Positions 1 to 13,848 of a stretch of DNA of 64,000 nucleotides are shown here, piece after piece. Position 1 is the first letter of the stretch, and every line of letters begins with the position of its first letter. The stretch is taken from positions 992,001 to 1,056,000 of the forward strand of contig CM000432.1 in assembly GCA_000165345.1 (NCBI GenBank), in the 5' to 3' direction. The notes under the pieces are model-generated. The model searched no databases. It was not told the origin of the DNA and saw only the letters and a program-made list of their open reading frames with translations. Position numbers and translations under genes: made by a program.

Positions 1-34
1 AGCCTAAGTCAAAATTAAAGCTTTTCCAGACAAA

Positions 35-1840
35 ATGATGAAGATTGTAGAAAGTAATAATGAGTATGGCTCACAACTTGTAGCAAGATGGATGCTATTA
101 GTGTGTATAAGCTTAGTTACTATGGGTATTATGTACAGTAATGACACATTGCCAGCAATTGCACCTTTTATTTTTGATGCATTTGAAGACCTATATAGTA
201 AAGAAGAATTTGAGTACTATTATAATACACTATGTTCATTGGTATCTGTTCCAAATCTAATATTTCCACTATTAGCAGGAGTACTCATTGATACGGTTTC
301 ATTATATTATTTATCAATAGTACTTATTTCATTTCTAGTTTTGGGACAATTTGTTCTAACTCTTGGATTTGGAATGAAAAGCCTAACTACAATGTTAATT
401 GGAAGATGTATTTTTGGTTTGGGATCAGAATCATCATTAATTGCTTTCAATTCCCTTTTAATCAGATACTTTCCAGATTGGGAAGTTGCTTTGGCTCTTT
501 CAATATGTTTAGCAATTGGAAGAATTGGATCAGTATTAAGTGATATGGTATCTCCTATTATAGCAACACTATTCCCAGTCTATTGGACTTTTCTATTGGG
601 ATTAGTATTATTGGTTTTTGGAGGAATTAGTGTTATTGCAAATCTTAAAAAGTATTATTTGGAAGACTTATCAAATGAAAGTACTGATAACATCTTTAAT
701 GAAACAAAAACTAATAGTCATGCAGATTTAATTTCTCATAATGAAATAATAAAAACCAGTAAAAGTTCATATTTTAGTCAATTAAAGTTCAGAATTGTTT
801 TAGTTGGAAGAAAAATACGTGGACTTGGGAAATTATATTGGTACTTAACTATATTGGGATTACTATCTTATAGTGTAATTATGCCATTTAATTATATTGC
901 AGGACCTTTAATTGTTGAAACTCAATATAAAGATATTCCAACTTCTACTGCAAGACAATATGCTGGTATTATCATGAGCTTATTATATGCAGTTTCTGTA
1001 TTAGTACTTCCAATATTGGGATGGATTGTTGATCGTGTTGGTGAAAGATGTAAATTACTGACCATTTCTGTTGGATTTCTTGCTCTTGCTCATGCTTTAA
1101 TGCTTAAATTACATCCTGCAATATCAGTGACTATACTTGGATTTGGATATACACTTTTTGCTACAGTTTATTGGCCATGTATAAGCTTAAGTGTTCCACC
1201 AACTTTATTAGGTACTGCTCTCGGTGTAGTAACATGTATACAAAATTTTGGATTTATTGTTACACCAATTCAAGTTGCATTTCTTCATTCAACCTTTAAA
1301 TCATATGTTGCAGTTGAAGCATTCTTTTTACTAATATGTATAATGGCACTTATAGTTTGTTATATAGTATCTAGAGTTGATATTGAACTTGGAGGTAAAT
1401 TGGATTCTGCACCAAATATTGTTTCAACAACAGTTTCAAATACAACTGATATGGTTTTAAGTGATTTGGAGAATCTAATACATTGCAAGAACCAAAACAA
1501 TATAGGCAAAATTAAGCTTGAGGAACTTATATGTCATAAATACCTCAAATATGAAAATGGTGCAAATTTATCATCTTCTCGTAAATTTGTAAGCTCATCT
1601 TCAGTGAGTACCTTTGATGATTCTTCTGATAATTCTCCAAGTGAATCATCTTCATTTATAAAGTCTTCCACATTTCTCAAGAATAATACTCTTCCTTTAG
1701 CAGATTATACAGTACAAAACTTGGACGACTCTGAACTATTGTCTACAAGGTCATTTTCATTTCAAGATGATTACTCAAAAAATAACCAAAATTGCGAAAA
1801 GAAATTGAATTCAAATAATATGAAGGGAATAGTTATTTAA
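35..1840 (+). CDS. Major facilitator superfamily-type polytopic membrane transporter with S-rich C-terminal tail
   Basis: 601-aa ORF starting at ATG 35. About 12 predicted hydrophobic helices fall in the first 450 aa. A G-R-x-x-x-G loop motif (IGRCIFGLG) follows helix 2 as in MFS motif A. The C-terminal 150 aa is a hydrophilic Ser-rich tail. Confidence 0.6.
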   Translation: MMKIVESNNEYGSQLVARWMLLVCISLVTMGIMYSNDTLPAIAPFIFDAFEDLYSKEEFEYYYNTLCSLVSVPNLIFPLLAGVLIDTVSLYYLSIVLISFLVLGQFVLTLGFGMKSLTTMLIGRCIFGLGSESSLIAFNSLLIRYFPDWEVALALSICLAIGRIGSVLSDMVSPIIATLFPVYWTFLLGLVLLVFGGISVIANLKKYYLEDLSNESTDNIFNETKTNSHADLISHNEIIKTSKSSYFSQLKFRIVLVGRKIRGLGKLYWYLTILGLLSYSVIMPFNYIAGPLIVETQYKDIPTSTARQYAGIIMSLLYAVSVLVLPILGWIVDRVGERCKLLTISVGFLALAHALMLKLHPAISVTILGFGYTLFATVYWPCISLSVPPTLLGTALGVVTCIQNFGFIVTPIQVAFLHSTFKSYVAVEAFFLLICIMALIVCYIVSRVDIELGGKLDSAPNIVSTTVSNTTDMVLSDLENLIHCKNQNNIGKIKLEELICHKYLKYENGANLSSSRKFVSSSSVSTFDDSSDNSPSESSSFIKSSTFLKNNTLPLADYTVQNLDDSELLSTRSFSFQDDYSKNNQNCEKKLNSNNMKGIVI

Positions 1841-2338
1841 TAATTTCCTTGATTCTCATAGATTAAAGGATTCTTTTTTCTCTTTTTTTTTTTTCTTGAG
1901 GAAAAAAGAGAGAAGGAAGAAATTGATTAATTGACTGAGATAATTATAAACATTTATAAATCTCTGATTAATTATATACATAAATTTCACATTTAATAAG
2001 TACATTTCTTTCAGAACTTTATTAAATAACTATTATATAATAATATGCATATCCATCACTAATTGACAAATACTGTTTACAAGCTAAACAAAATTACAAT
2101 AATTCATTTACCTATAACTTATTTACTATTATTGCTTTCCTAATTATACTTCATAATCTTAATGTTTTCTTTTTTCTTTATATTATTAAAAAATTACACG
2201 TAATTAAATTTATGTGGACAGAAGTAATTACAAGAAATGCATGCAGCATTTCAAAAATGCATTTAAATATATATATTAGCACTTTAAGTGTGTGCAAATA
2301 AATGATTAAAGTTAATTATTATTATTATTTTTTCATGA

Positions 2339-5300
2339 TTAACCTTTGATTGCTAAAGAAAGCAGCTCTTCAAAGTACTGACAACTGAGAATTTCTTTCT
2401 GACCCATTCCACCATCAGACTTTAATTGATCATTTCTTAAGGCATTATCTAACCAAATCATATAATTCTTTATATTATTAACTGAATTAATCCCTCTTTC
2501 TGGCATACCAATTGTATTAAATGTTATTGGTGAAACTAATCTTGGTTTGTTAAATATATTTTGAAGCCATGAAAACACTAATAAACCCAATTCTCTATAT
2601 TTACATTCTAAATTATTTAGATTCTTTTCTGGAGTATTTTTAGTGGAAGGTTCCCATATATATATAGAAATAGCGCTTAAAGCTCTTCTGAAACATTGTA
2701 TTCTAGCAATTATATCAGTTTTCTTTGTAATAACTATTCCTGATTCATTTTTACTTGTACCATCATTATTAATATTATTATCTTTTAATGAATAATTTAA
2801 AGAGGCAATAATATTTGATATTCTTGGAATTATATAATGATTTAATAGAATTTGACAACAAAATGAAATTGAACCATTTGTACAATAAGTTATTACTTTT
2901 TGACTTCTTGAAGGTAAATGATTTAAATTATTTTCTTTTGATTTCCTCATATGAGCTTCACTACTTATAGAATCAATTATATCAATGATACCATATAAAA
3001 TACCTCTTAATGTATTAGGAATTGCATTAATATCCAATGAAGTTATTTGTTTAATAAAATGTTCAGTTATTTCTAAAATACTCTCTTCAAATTTTATTAA
3101 ATCTTTATCTAATTCATATTGTTCTAATACTAACTTTTTGTTATCAACATTACTTTTATTTAAAGTTTTACCAATATGATTTGCATAAGGACCATCTTGT
3201 TTATTCAATATATTTATCATTACAATTTGAATATATTGTACCAAAAACGATCTATCATTTTTAGTTAAACTATTAGCTTTTAACATAATATGAAAGAAAT
3301 CATTAATTACAGATGAAGAGATCAAAATTGTATCAATTGGAATATTACTCAAGAAATTAATTTCAAAGTGAAATAGGGAGTAAAATAAATGATCAAATGA
3401 TTGTATATATATTGATAAATCAAAAATATCTTGAATTAGACTTTTCCTCTTTAAAGATGGTGCTGAATGAAGTAAAGATATTAATAACTCATAATTATAG
3501 CCAACCAAAAACCTCCAATATTCTTTTGCTAAATCAGAAGGTCTATCTACACTTGGATCCCATATATTAATTGTTGTTTTATTATCTCTAGGTAATAATA
3601 TATTATCAACAGTAGTATTAATATTATTTTCACTATTATTTACATTAATCCAAATAATTTCATCATCTTTATCTGTTTTTGTAGCTCCTTCCATTTTTTT
3701 CTTCATACATGATACTATATTTTCAACTAAATCATCAACATCATATTTTGAATAATAATATTCATGTAGATTTCTTGATTTTGGATTCAATTTCTCAACT
3801 AGATCTTTCATTTGTGGCGTTAATTTAGTCTTTCTTAACTCTGGATATCTTGTACATGAATCATGATTAAGATCCTCTTCTTTATTGTGCTGTTTTATTC
3901 CCAATGACGGTAATTTGCATGCATTATATTCTTCTGACGTTAATAATTTTTGTTCTATGGGCAAGTTTTTCCCGCTCAAACTGCAAATATTTTTATTACT
4001 AACTTCACCAATATCAAAATCTTCCCATTTAGCTACAGCATTTTTATTTAATTTTTTAGTTTCATCAATGCTGACAGTTTTTTCTTTATTAACTTCATTC
4101 ACTTTCTCGAGTTTATTCTTTAATGCATTGATAGAATCAATGTTCTCATTATTTTGTTTACTATCTCCACTTTCCTTATCTTCTAATTCGTCTTGGTTCT
4201 CTTTCAAAGTGCTCAATAAATCATCGGCTTCTCCCAATCTTGATATGACATTAAACCCACCATCCACAAAGAACTTTTCTAAAATCCAACTTGGTAAAAC
4301 TTCATTACTAACAACAATATTTGATTTCCCGCCAAAAAAGTGACTGCATACCAAATCATGCCTGTGTGAATATACAAGAAAATCTGAAGGTAAAAGAGCT
4401 AATCTTAGATGAGCAAAAAATGCTTCCATCCACTCAATAAGCAGAAGTTCAGTAAGAAGTTGTCTTTTAATTGACATAATGAAAGAGATTTTTCTTTCTC
4501 TAAGTGATGATAATTGTTGCAGTAGACTTTTAGATGCAATTTCAATTCTTTCTTGTATTTCATCATAATTTGATCTAATATCATTAATATGGTTATGCCT
4601 ACCTGATAAGTAATCTGCCAATTGTTTTTTTCTTCTATTTAGCTCTAAATCACTTTGTGATACTCCTGAATATGCCATTCTTATTGCATCTGTTGTAGAT
4701 ATTAATATATGCTCAGCTGCATCTCCAGATGAATGTTGCCCTATTAATATACAATGTGGACATAATGATATATAACAATTCATACAAACTGAGTCAATTC
4801 TTTCTGTTGAATGGTGTGGACAAAAACCAAATTGATAAGGACTTTGTGATACTGGTACTCTTTGATGTTTTGAGAGTAATCTAGTGGAAGAATGATGGAA
4901 TTCATCACATGATGCACAAAGATGAGCTTTATCTGATTCACAATATAGAGTTGACATATTAACATCACACATTTCACAGATTGGTTGTGAAATCTCTATT
5001 CTAAGTGGTTTAAATTCAACTTCTACAAGCATTGTTGGTAGTATTTGATCACAAAATTTTACTTGATAATTAGCTGTAAATGAATTTCTACTTGATGGAA
5101 CATTTATAGAGTCTTGACATTGCCATGATCTAGACATATATCCTGGAGGAAAAGGAGCTGAAGATCTTACTCCATCAATACTATCTACCATTAAAATTGG
5201 TCCTAATGCTAGAGTAAATATTCCAAATCTATAAATACCCATAGGATTTGATTCAAATCCCTTTGGAGGTGGTAATGCTCCACTCTTAAAAACCATATTT

Positions 5301-5581
5301 TTTGAGTTTACTGTTATTTTGTTTTCACCAAAAATATTGTCAAAATTCTGATTATTTGGTAATTCAGATAATTCATATATGCATTGTATTACATGACCTC
5401 CTAAATTTGATGCATATTTATTAAATCTTTCTCTTTGTTCTTTTGTTATTAAAGACCATCCTCTAGTAACATGTAAGTCTGGAGTGTAATATGAAAGTTG
5501 AATCATATATTCGCATCTAGTTAACACAAATGCATCATCAATAAGTTCTGGTATAATATCAAAGACTTTTTCTTCAAACAT
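2339..5581 (-). CDS. B-box zinc finger / coiled-coil protein (1080 aa) with large unassigned N- and C-terminal regions
   Basis: ATG is the reverse complement of 5579-5581. There are two tandem B-box-like Cys/His clusters (CEMCDVNMSTLYCESDKAHLCASCDEFHH and CPHHSTERIDSVCMNCYISLCPHC). A heptad-like coiled coil follows (LELNRRKKQLADYL...LSSLRERK). No RING finger is visible. Confidence 0.55.
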   Translation of the reverse strand: MFEEKVFDIIPELIDDAFVLTRCEYMIQLSYYTPDLHVTRGWSLITKEQRERFNKYASNLGGHVIQCIYELSELPNNQNFDNIFGENKITVNSKNMVFKSGALPPPKGFESNPMGIYRFGIFTLALGPILMVDSIDGVRSSAPFPPGYMSRSWQCQDSINVPSSRNSFTANYQVKFCDQILPTMLVEVEFKPLRIEISQPICEMCDVNMSTLYCESDKAHLCASCDEFHHSSTRLLSKHQRVPVSQSPYQFGFCPHHSTERIDSVCMNCYISLCPHCILIGQHSSGDAAEHILISTTDAIRMAYSGVSQSDLELNRRKKQLADYLSGRHNHINDIRSNYDEIQERIEIASKSLLQQLSSLRERKISFIMSIKRQLLTELLLIEWMEAFFAHLRLALLPSDFLVYSHRHDLVCSHFFGGKSNIVVSNEVLPSWILEKFFVDGGFNVISRLGEADDLLSTLKENQDELEDKESGDSKQNNENIDSINALKNKLEKVNEVNKEKTVSIDETKKLNKNAVAKWEDFDIGEVSNKNICSLSGKNLPIEQKLLTSEEYNACKLPSLGIKQHNKEEDLNHDSCTRYPELRKTKLTPQMKDLVEKLNPKSRNLHEYYYSKYDVDDLVENIVSCMKKKMEGATKTDKDDEIIWINVNNSENNINTTVDNILLPRDNKTTINIWDPSVDRPSDLAKEYWRFLVGYNYELLISLLHSAPSLKRKSLIQDIFDLSIYIQSFDHLFYSLFHFEINFLSNIPIDTILISSSVINDFFHIMLKANSLTKNDRSFLVQYIQIVMINILNKQDGPYANHIGKTLNKSNVDNKKLVLEQYELDKDLIKFEESILEITEHFIKQITSLDINAIPNTLRGILYGIIDIIDSISSEAHMRKSKENNLNHLPSRSQKVITYCTNGSISFCCQILLNHYIIPRISNIIASLNYSLKDNNINNDGTSKNESGIVITKKTDIIARIQCFRRALSAISIYIWEPSTKNTPEKNLNNLECKYRELGLLVFSWLQNIFNKPRLVSPITFNTIGMPERGINSVNNIKNYMIWLDNALRNDQLKSDGGMGQKEILSCQYFEELLSLAIKG

Positions 5582-6027
5582 TGTTAGTAAGGTTTTAGTA
5601 GTTCTATTTCTTTAATAAACATTTAGATTTAATATATATTGTACTTCTTCCACATTCAAATTTTTCTTTTCTTTATTTTTTCTTATCTAATATTCAATGT
5701 CAAATATTTTCTCAAGCTTATTATTTTATTTCCCTCCCCCCCACACACTCCTCTCTTTCTATTTCTCTAATATTTATTCTATATATTACTTTAATGCTAT
5801 TTCAATCTTTTATTTTCTCTTTTATTTTAATCCTCAAAATTCAACTCAAACCTTATTTTTCTGTTACTTATTTAACCTTAAAAAAAAAAGAAGAAAATTG
5901 CACCTTTTATCCCGCAATATTTTCATTGTTACTTTTAATGCTTATTTATATTTAATTTATAATTATTATGTACTTGATATTCCTTTCAATTACTATACCT
6001 ACATGCATTAATAATATTTAAAGATCT

Positions 6028-6050
6028 TCCCGCCCACACGTGGCGCTAAA
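6028..6050. promoter_or_regulatory. E2F-like box (CCCGCC + GTGGCGC) in the divergent promoter between the B-box gene and GDI
   Basis: tcccgcccacacgtggcgctaaa lies in the 5582-6418 intergenic region between two head-to-head genes. GGCGC cores like this recur upstream of most genes in the window. Confidence 0.45.
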
Positions 6051-6123
6051 ACCTAATTATAAATAAAATGTCATAAATTATGGGGAAAAAAGGATAAAAA
6101 TAATATTTGGGAAAAAAACAAAT

Positions 6124-6140
6124 TTTTTTTTTTTTTTTTT
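6124..6140. repeat. poly(T) homopolymer tract (about 17 nt)
   Basis: A direct run of T sits in the intergenic region. Confidence 0.8.
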
Positions 6141-6418
6141 CCTCAAAGTAATTTATTAAGTTTTTATATATATATCAAAGTAAGAGCCAGAGTTGTTATT
6201 ATATGTTTAAAAGGCTAAGGTCATATACTAGATTTGTTTTAACATAGGTTGAAATTATCTTGTGTGTGCATTGTGGAGGAAGAATAAGAATAGAATTGAC
6301 AAAGCAAAGAAGAGAAAGAAAAAAAAAAAATAAGCATGCAAATATTTTGACTTTTATTTTTCTTTTTTTTTCTTTATAATATTATTTGGAACAGTTGATA
6401 AAGCGATTGAATATAATA

Positions 6419-7801
6419 ATGGATGAGAAATATGATGTATTGATATGTGGAACAGGACTAACTGAATGTATAATAAGTGGTTTATTATCAACATCAGGAA
6501 AAAAAGTTTTACATATTGATAGAAATAGTTATTATGGTGGAGAAGCAGCATCTTTAAATCTAACAACATTGTATCAAAAATTTAGACCTGGTACTTCTCC
6601 TCCAGCAAATTATGGAGCTAATAGAGATTGGAATGTTGATCTAATACCAAAGTTTGTAATGGCAAGCGGTGATCTTGTAAAGATACTATTAAAAACAAAA
6701 GTAACAAGATATTTAGAATGGCAAGTAATAGAAGGAACTTATGTATATCAATTTCAAAAAGGAGGATTGTTATTTAATCCAAAATTTATACATAAGGTAC
6801 CAGCAACAGAAATGGAAGCTTTAAAGAGTCCATTACTGGGTATTATGGAAAAAAATAGATGTAGATCATTCTTTTCATTTGTAGCCAATTGGTCAGATGA
6901 CGATGTTTCAAAGCAAATGGGATTCAATAGAGATAAGAACACAATGAAAGATATTTATGATCATTTTGGTTTGTCTTCAACTACAATAGATTTTGTTGGG
7001 CATGCTTTAGCTCTATATACAAATGATGATTATATTAATAAACCATGTGGCGAAACTTTAGATAAGATCAGATTATATATGATGAGTCTAAGTAGATATG
7101 GTAAATCACCTTTTATATATCCTGTCTATGGTCTTGGAGGTTTACCAGAAGGTTTTTCAAGATTATGTGCAATTCATGGTGGTACCTTTATGTTGAATAC
7201 AAATATTGAAAAATTTCTATATGATGAACAGGGCAAAGTATCTGGTGTTGTTACATCACAAGGAAAAGCTGAATGTAAAATGGTAATTTGTGATCCATCA
7301 TACGTTTTAAATGAAAATGATAGTAAACCTAAAGTTAAATGTATTGGTAAAGTTTTACGTTGTATATGTATTTTAAATTCTCCAATTAATGATACTAATG
7401 ATGTATCTTCATGCCAAATTATTATTCCTCAAAATGAGCTTGGAAGAAAAAATGATATTTATGTTATGATGGTTTCATGTACTCATGGAGTAGCTCTTAA
7501 AGGAAAGTACATTGCAATCATATCTACTACCGTTGAAACAGAAAATCCACTTTTGGAAATTAATCCCGCAATAAAACTTTTGGGAAATTCCATTGAAGAA
7601 CAATTTTTCTATACATCTGACTTATATGAACCTATTGATTCAGGAAAAGATGACAATGTTTTTGTCTCTAAATCTTGTGATGCTTCCTCACACTTCGAAT
7701 CTCTCACCCAAGATGTATTGAGACTTTGGAAAAATATTACTGGGGAAGATTTGGACCTCACTAATATTCCTAATGAAGATGAAGCAGATGGAGAATACTG
7801 A
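6419..7801 (+). CDS. GDI: Rab GDP-dissociation inhibitor (GDI)
   Basis: The N-terminus [42 protein letters not shown] matches the GDI/REP FAD-like fold signature ([21 protein letters not shown]... in metazoan GDI). The GDI frame stays open through 470 aa. Position 6386 in the ORF track is a TTG, so the true start is the ATG at 6419. Confidence 0.9.
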   Translation: [460 protein letters not shown]

Positions 7802-8530
7802 GGTAGTTTTTACTAGTTAATCCTAATAAATATTTACTTAATCGTCTACTCATAACACTACTTGGATATATACTTAAATACTTTATTATCGTAATATTAT
7901 TATCACACATTATTTCTTACTTTCTTTTTTCCCTCCCCCCTTATTTTTTGTAATTATCTATCTCTTCAACTTTCTTAAATTACTACTTATGATACTTAAG
8001 TAAATATAATTTTATCATTTTCATACACTTTAAAAATTATTTACCTAATATTAATATTATACGTCATAATTTTTGTCATTTTTTCCTATTATTAGTTCTT
8101 ATACTAATTCAATGTATTGCGTAAATACTAACTCAGATTTTATTAAAAAATCTTATCTAAAGAAAATAATTAGGGGATATATTAAAAACTCAGATTGCAT
8201 TGTTTTTATATTCAATATAATATGTTGTATTACTAAATTATTATTAAATATCATAATAAAAATTACTTTATGAAGCCCGCCAAAAAATGCATGTATGCAG
8301 AAAATAATTAAATTAATTGGGAATTAAATTATTTTTTATCCCATATTTTTTCTTAAAAAAATGAAAATGAAGTTCCTTAACCAAACCCCATTATTTAGTC
8401 AATTATATTCGTTTATTTTTACTTTCTTGAGCAATGTTATTTACTATTTTTAATTTATTTCTACCAATAAATAAATAAATAAATAATATATACATTTACT
8501 TAAAACCATTTTGATCATTTAAGTTTTAAA

Positions 8531-11722
<3,192 letters not shown>

Positions 11723-12203
11723 TTTAATAATAATCAATAAATAAAAGAATTTATCAAATATATATATATAATCCAATTAGAAAAAGTTTTTTTTTTTTTT
11801 ATTTTTATTTTTTTTTTTATTAGTATTTTAAAATTATGATAATATTCTATTATTTAATTCCTGTATACTTCAAATTTTAAATACTCAATTCTGAATACTA
11901 GCTTTACTCAATTGGACAAACTGAATCATTTCAAGGCAAATTACTGCCAATCCTAAATTTTTTATTTATTTATTTTATTCAATTCCAATTAATTTCAAAC
12001 GCTATTTTTAGTTCAGCTTAACACTACTTAAAAATGGAAGAAATCAAGTCTAGCCAATTATTCTATACATCTTTGACATTTATTTGCTATTGATTCCAAA
12101 ATCCGTCAATTTACCTCCTCTTTTTCTCTGATTCTTTAACCTCTTTATTATTTTAATCTTTTTTGCGTTTTTAGATATATTTTACATAAATTAGTGTGAG
12201 GGA

Positions 12204-12213
12204 TGGCGCCAAC
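12204..12213. promoter_or_regulatory. E2F-like palindromic box TGGCGCCAA, about 480 bp upstream of the Sec14-like gene
   Basis: ggatggcgccaac; the 11-mer ttagtgtgagg sits immediately 5' of it. Confidence 0.45.
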
Positions 12214-12815
12214 TATATTAATAAAGGGGGGCAATTATTATAATAATTATACACGTAACTGAATATTAATGCACGAAAATTAGTTTATTTAACTTGCAAA
12301 ATAGCAAATATAATTTATTGCAAGTAAATATTTAATTTTATAATAATTTTATTATGAGCAAAATTATTATTTGCTCTCAGTTTTGGTAATGATTACTTAT
12401 GTATAAAATAAAAATAAAGGATCGAAACTTATTCTTGTTTATTATAGACAAAATTATTAGAATTTTTTTTTGCGCATGCAATTTGACCACATAAAATTTG
12501 CCTTGCATGCATTAAAGTGGCAGCATATAGACGAAATATATATATTTATATATTATGAATATTTTTTAAATAAATAATAAAGAAAAAAAGGAATAATAAT
12601 AAAATCATGAATTAATATAATCAATACTTTAAAAATTAATAATTTCCGCCGGACTCGAAGCGAAATTTGAATTTACTTCATTTTCTGGTAAATTGAAGAA
12701 AATGTATTTACAGATGCATTTAATATATTCGCTATCGTAAAAGAAAAAAAACCTTCAGATAATAAAGGGAAAATAATATAAATTATGAGTTAATATATTT
12801 GTTTTTCAATAATAG

Positions 12816-13766
12816 TTAGTTGAACGCATTAAAGCTTTTATCAATAGCTTCAACACATGCAATTTTATAATGATTACAATTTACTGAGCTAAGCTCATTC
12901 AAGTATTTTTCAGGTTCGTCTTTTAAATTTAGGAAATAACTACAAGTTATTAAGTTAGAAAGTGTAACTTGGCATTTAGGATCTATTTTATAAGCATTTA
13001 AAAGAAGTTCGTAAGCATCATTCCAATGTTGTCTTTGCATATGTATTACAGATATCCCATTCAAAATAATAATTGATTGTGAGTCTCTTGCTTTAGATGG
13101 AAGTCTGAAGGAAGAATTCTCACCAAAATCAGTCTGCATATTTGCATAAGTGATAAAAGATGAGTTATATTCACCTTTAAGGCACTGTAACCAAGCTAAT
13201 GCGGTTCTAACTAGAGAAGATTCTTTAAAATTAGAAAGGGAATGATAGTTCTCCAATTCACAAGTATACGTATCATAATTCTCAATCAAATCATCAAATA
13301 AAGATTGTGCCAAATCATATCTATTCATAATGCAAAAAACAAAAACTTGTATAATCTTTAAACTTGGTGGAGCACATTCTGTGATTGATAATGCTGATTT
13401 AAAATCATTCATATATAAATTCATTAATAATAGTATAACATCAATCATCACAATTTTATTATTATTATGTACATATAATTGCATCATTTCATTAATTAGT
13501 TCATACCTTCTTTCATCTGTAGTTTCTGGTAAATTAAAAATGGTAAACAAACAAACAGCTGCAATACCAAACTTTTGATTTGAAATAGATTCTGAATAAT
13601 ATGATCCTATTGAATCCTTTTCTATTTGATTCAAATGAATTTTACATCTAAATTGAATAAGTTCCAAAAGTACGTCCACATCGAAATCTTGACTTCTGAT
13701 ATGTTCTGCTTCTTTTATCAGCATTAACACTTTTTCATAGTATCCTGAATTCATACAATTTTCAAT
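12816..13766 (-). CDS. COPE: Coatomer epsilon subunit (COPI), main exon
   Basis: The C-terminal TPR-like region aligns with metazoan COPE: RTALAWLQCLKGEYNSS...IILNGISVIHMQRQHWNDAYELLLNAYKIDPKCQVTLSNLITCSYFLNLKDEPEKYLNEL versus LTQLATAWVSL...[30 protein letters not shown]...TLINLVVLSLHLGK. The in-exon ATG is at 13754. Confidence 0.75.
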   Translation of the reverse strand: MENCMNSGYYEKVLMLIKEAEHIRSQDFDVDVLLELIQFRCKIHLNQIEKDSIGSYYSESISNQKFGIAAVCLFTIFNLPETTDERRYELINEMMQLYVHNNNKIVMIDVILLLMNLYMNDFKSALSITECAPPSLKIIQVFVFCIMNRYDLAQSLFDDLIENYDTYTCELENYHSLSNFKESSLVRTALAWLQCLKGEYNSSFITYANMQTDFGENSSFRLPSKARDSQSIIILNGISVIHMQRQHWNDAYELLLNAYKIDPKCQVTLSNLITCSYFLNLKDEPEKYLNELSSVNCNHYKIACVEAIDKSFNAFN

Positions 13767-13812
13767 CTAAAAATAAATAATTAAATTAACAATTATTATA
13801 TTTAAAGCTTAC

Positions 13813-13848
13813 CTCATTAATTTCTTCCGAGTAGAGGCTCATTTTCAT
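13813..13848 (-). CDS. COPE: Putative 5' micro-exon of the coatomer epsilon gene (MKMSLYSEEINE) joined via a 46-nt GT-AG intron (13767-13812)
   Basis: On the minus strand the sequence reads ATGAAAATGAGCCTCTACTCGGAAGAAATTAATGAG|gtaagc...ttttag|ATTGAAAATTGTATGAATTCAGG. It is in frame with the main exon. The added residues extend the conserved N-terminal helix, which is ELFDVKNAFYIGSY in metazoan COPE. Confidence 0.45.

Noticed and set aside
2985-4977. Short ORFs (2985-3179+, 3885-4343+, 4780-4977-) nested inside the B-box gene
   Set aside because: They lie entirely inside, and antisense to or out of frame with, a 1080-aa ORF that has domain support. They are low-complexity translations typical of AT-rich antisense frames.
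5697-6569. ORFs 5697-6011 (+) and 6354-6569 (-) in the B-box/GDI intergenic region
   Set aside because: They are pyrimidine-rich low-complexity translations (FYF/LLF repeats) of the promoter region. They overlap the E2F/CCCGCC element and the GDI start. There is no coding signature.
8073-8273. 66-aa ORF between the convergent GDI and Sec14 genes
   Set aside because: It is an AT-rich, low-complexity 3' intergenic region. It is too short and has no features.
12641-12665. GC-rich patch tttccgccggactcgaagcg considered as a tRNA fragment
   Set aside because: There is no cloverleaf-compatible flanking sequence (no GTTCGA T-loop, no acceptor-stem complement). It is more likely another degenerate E2F-type TTTCCGCC element.
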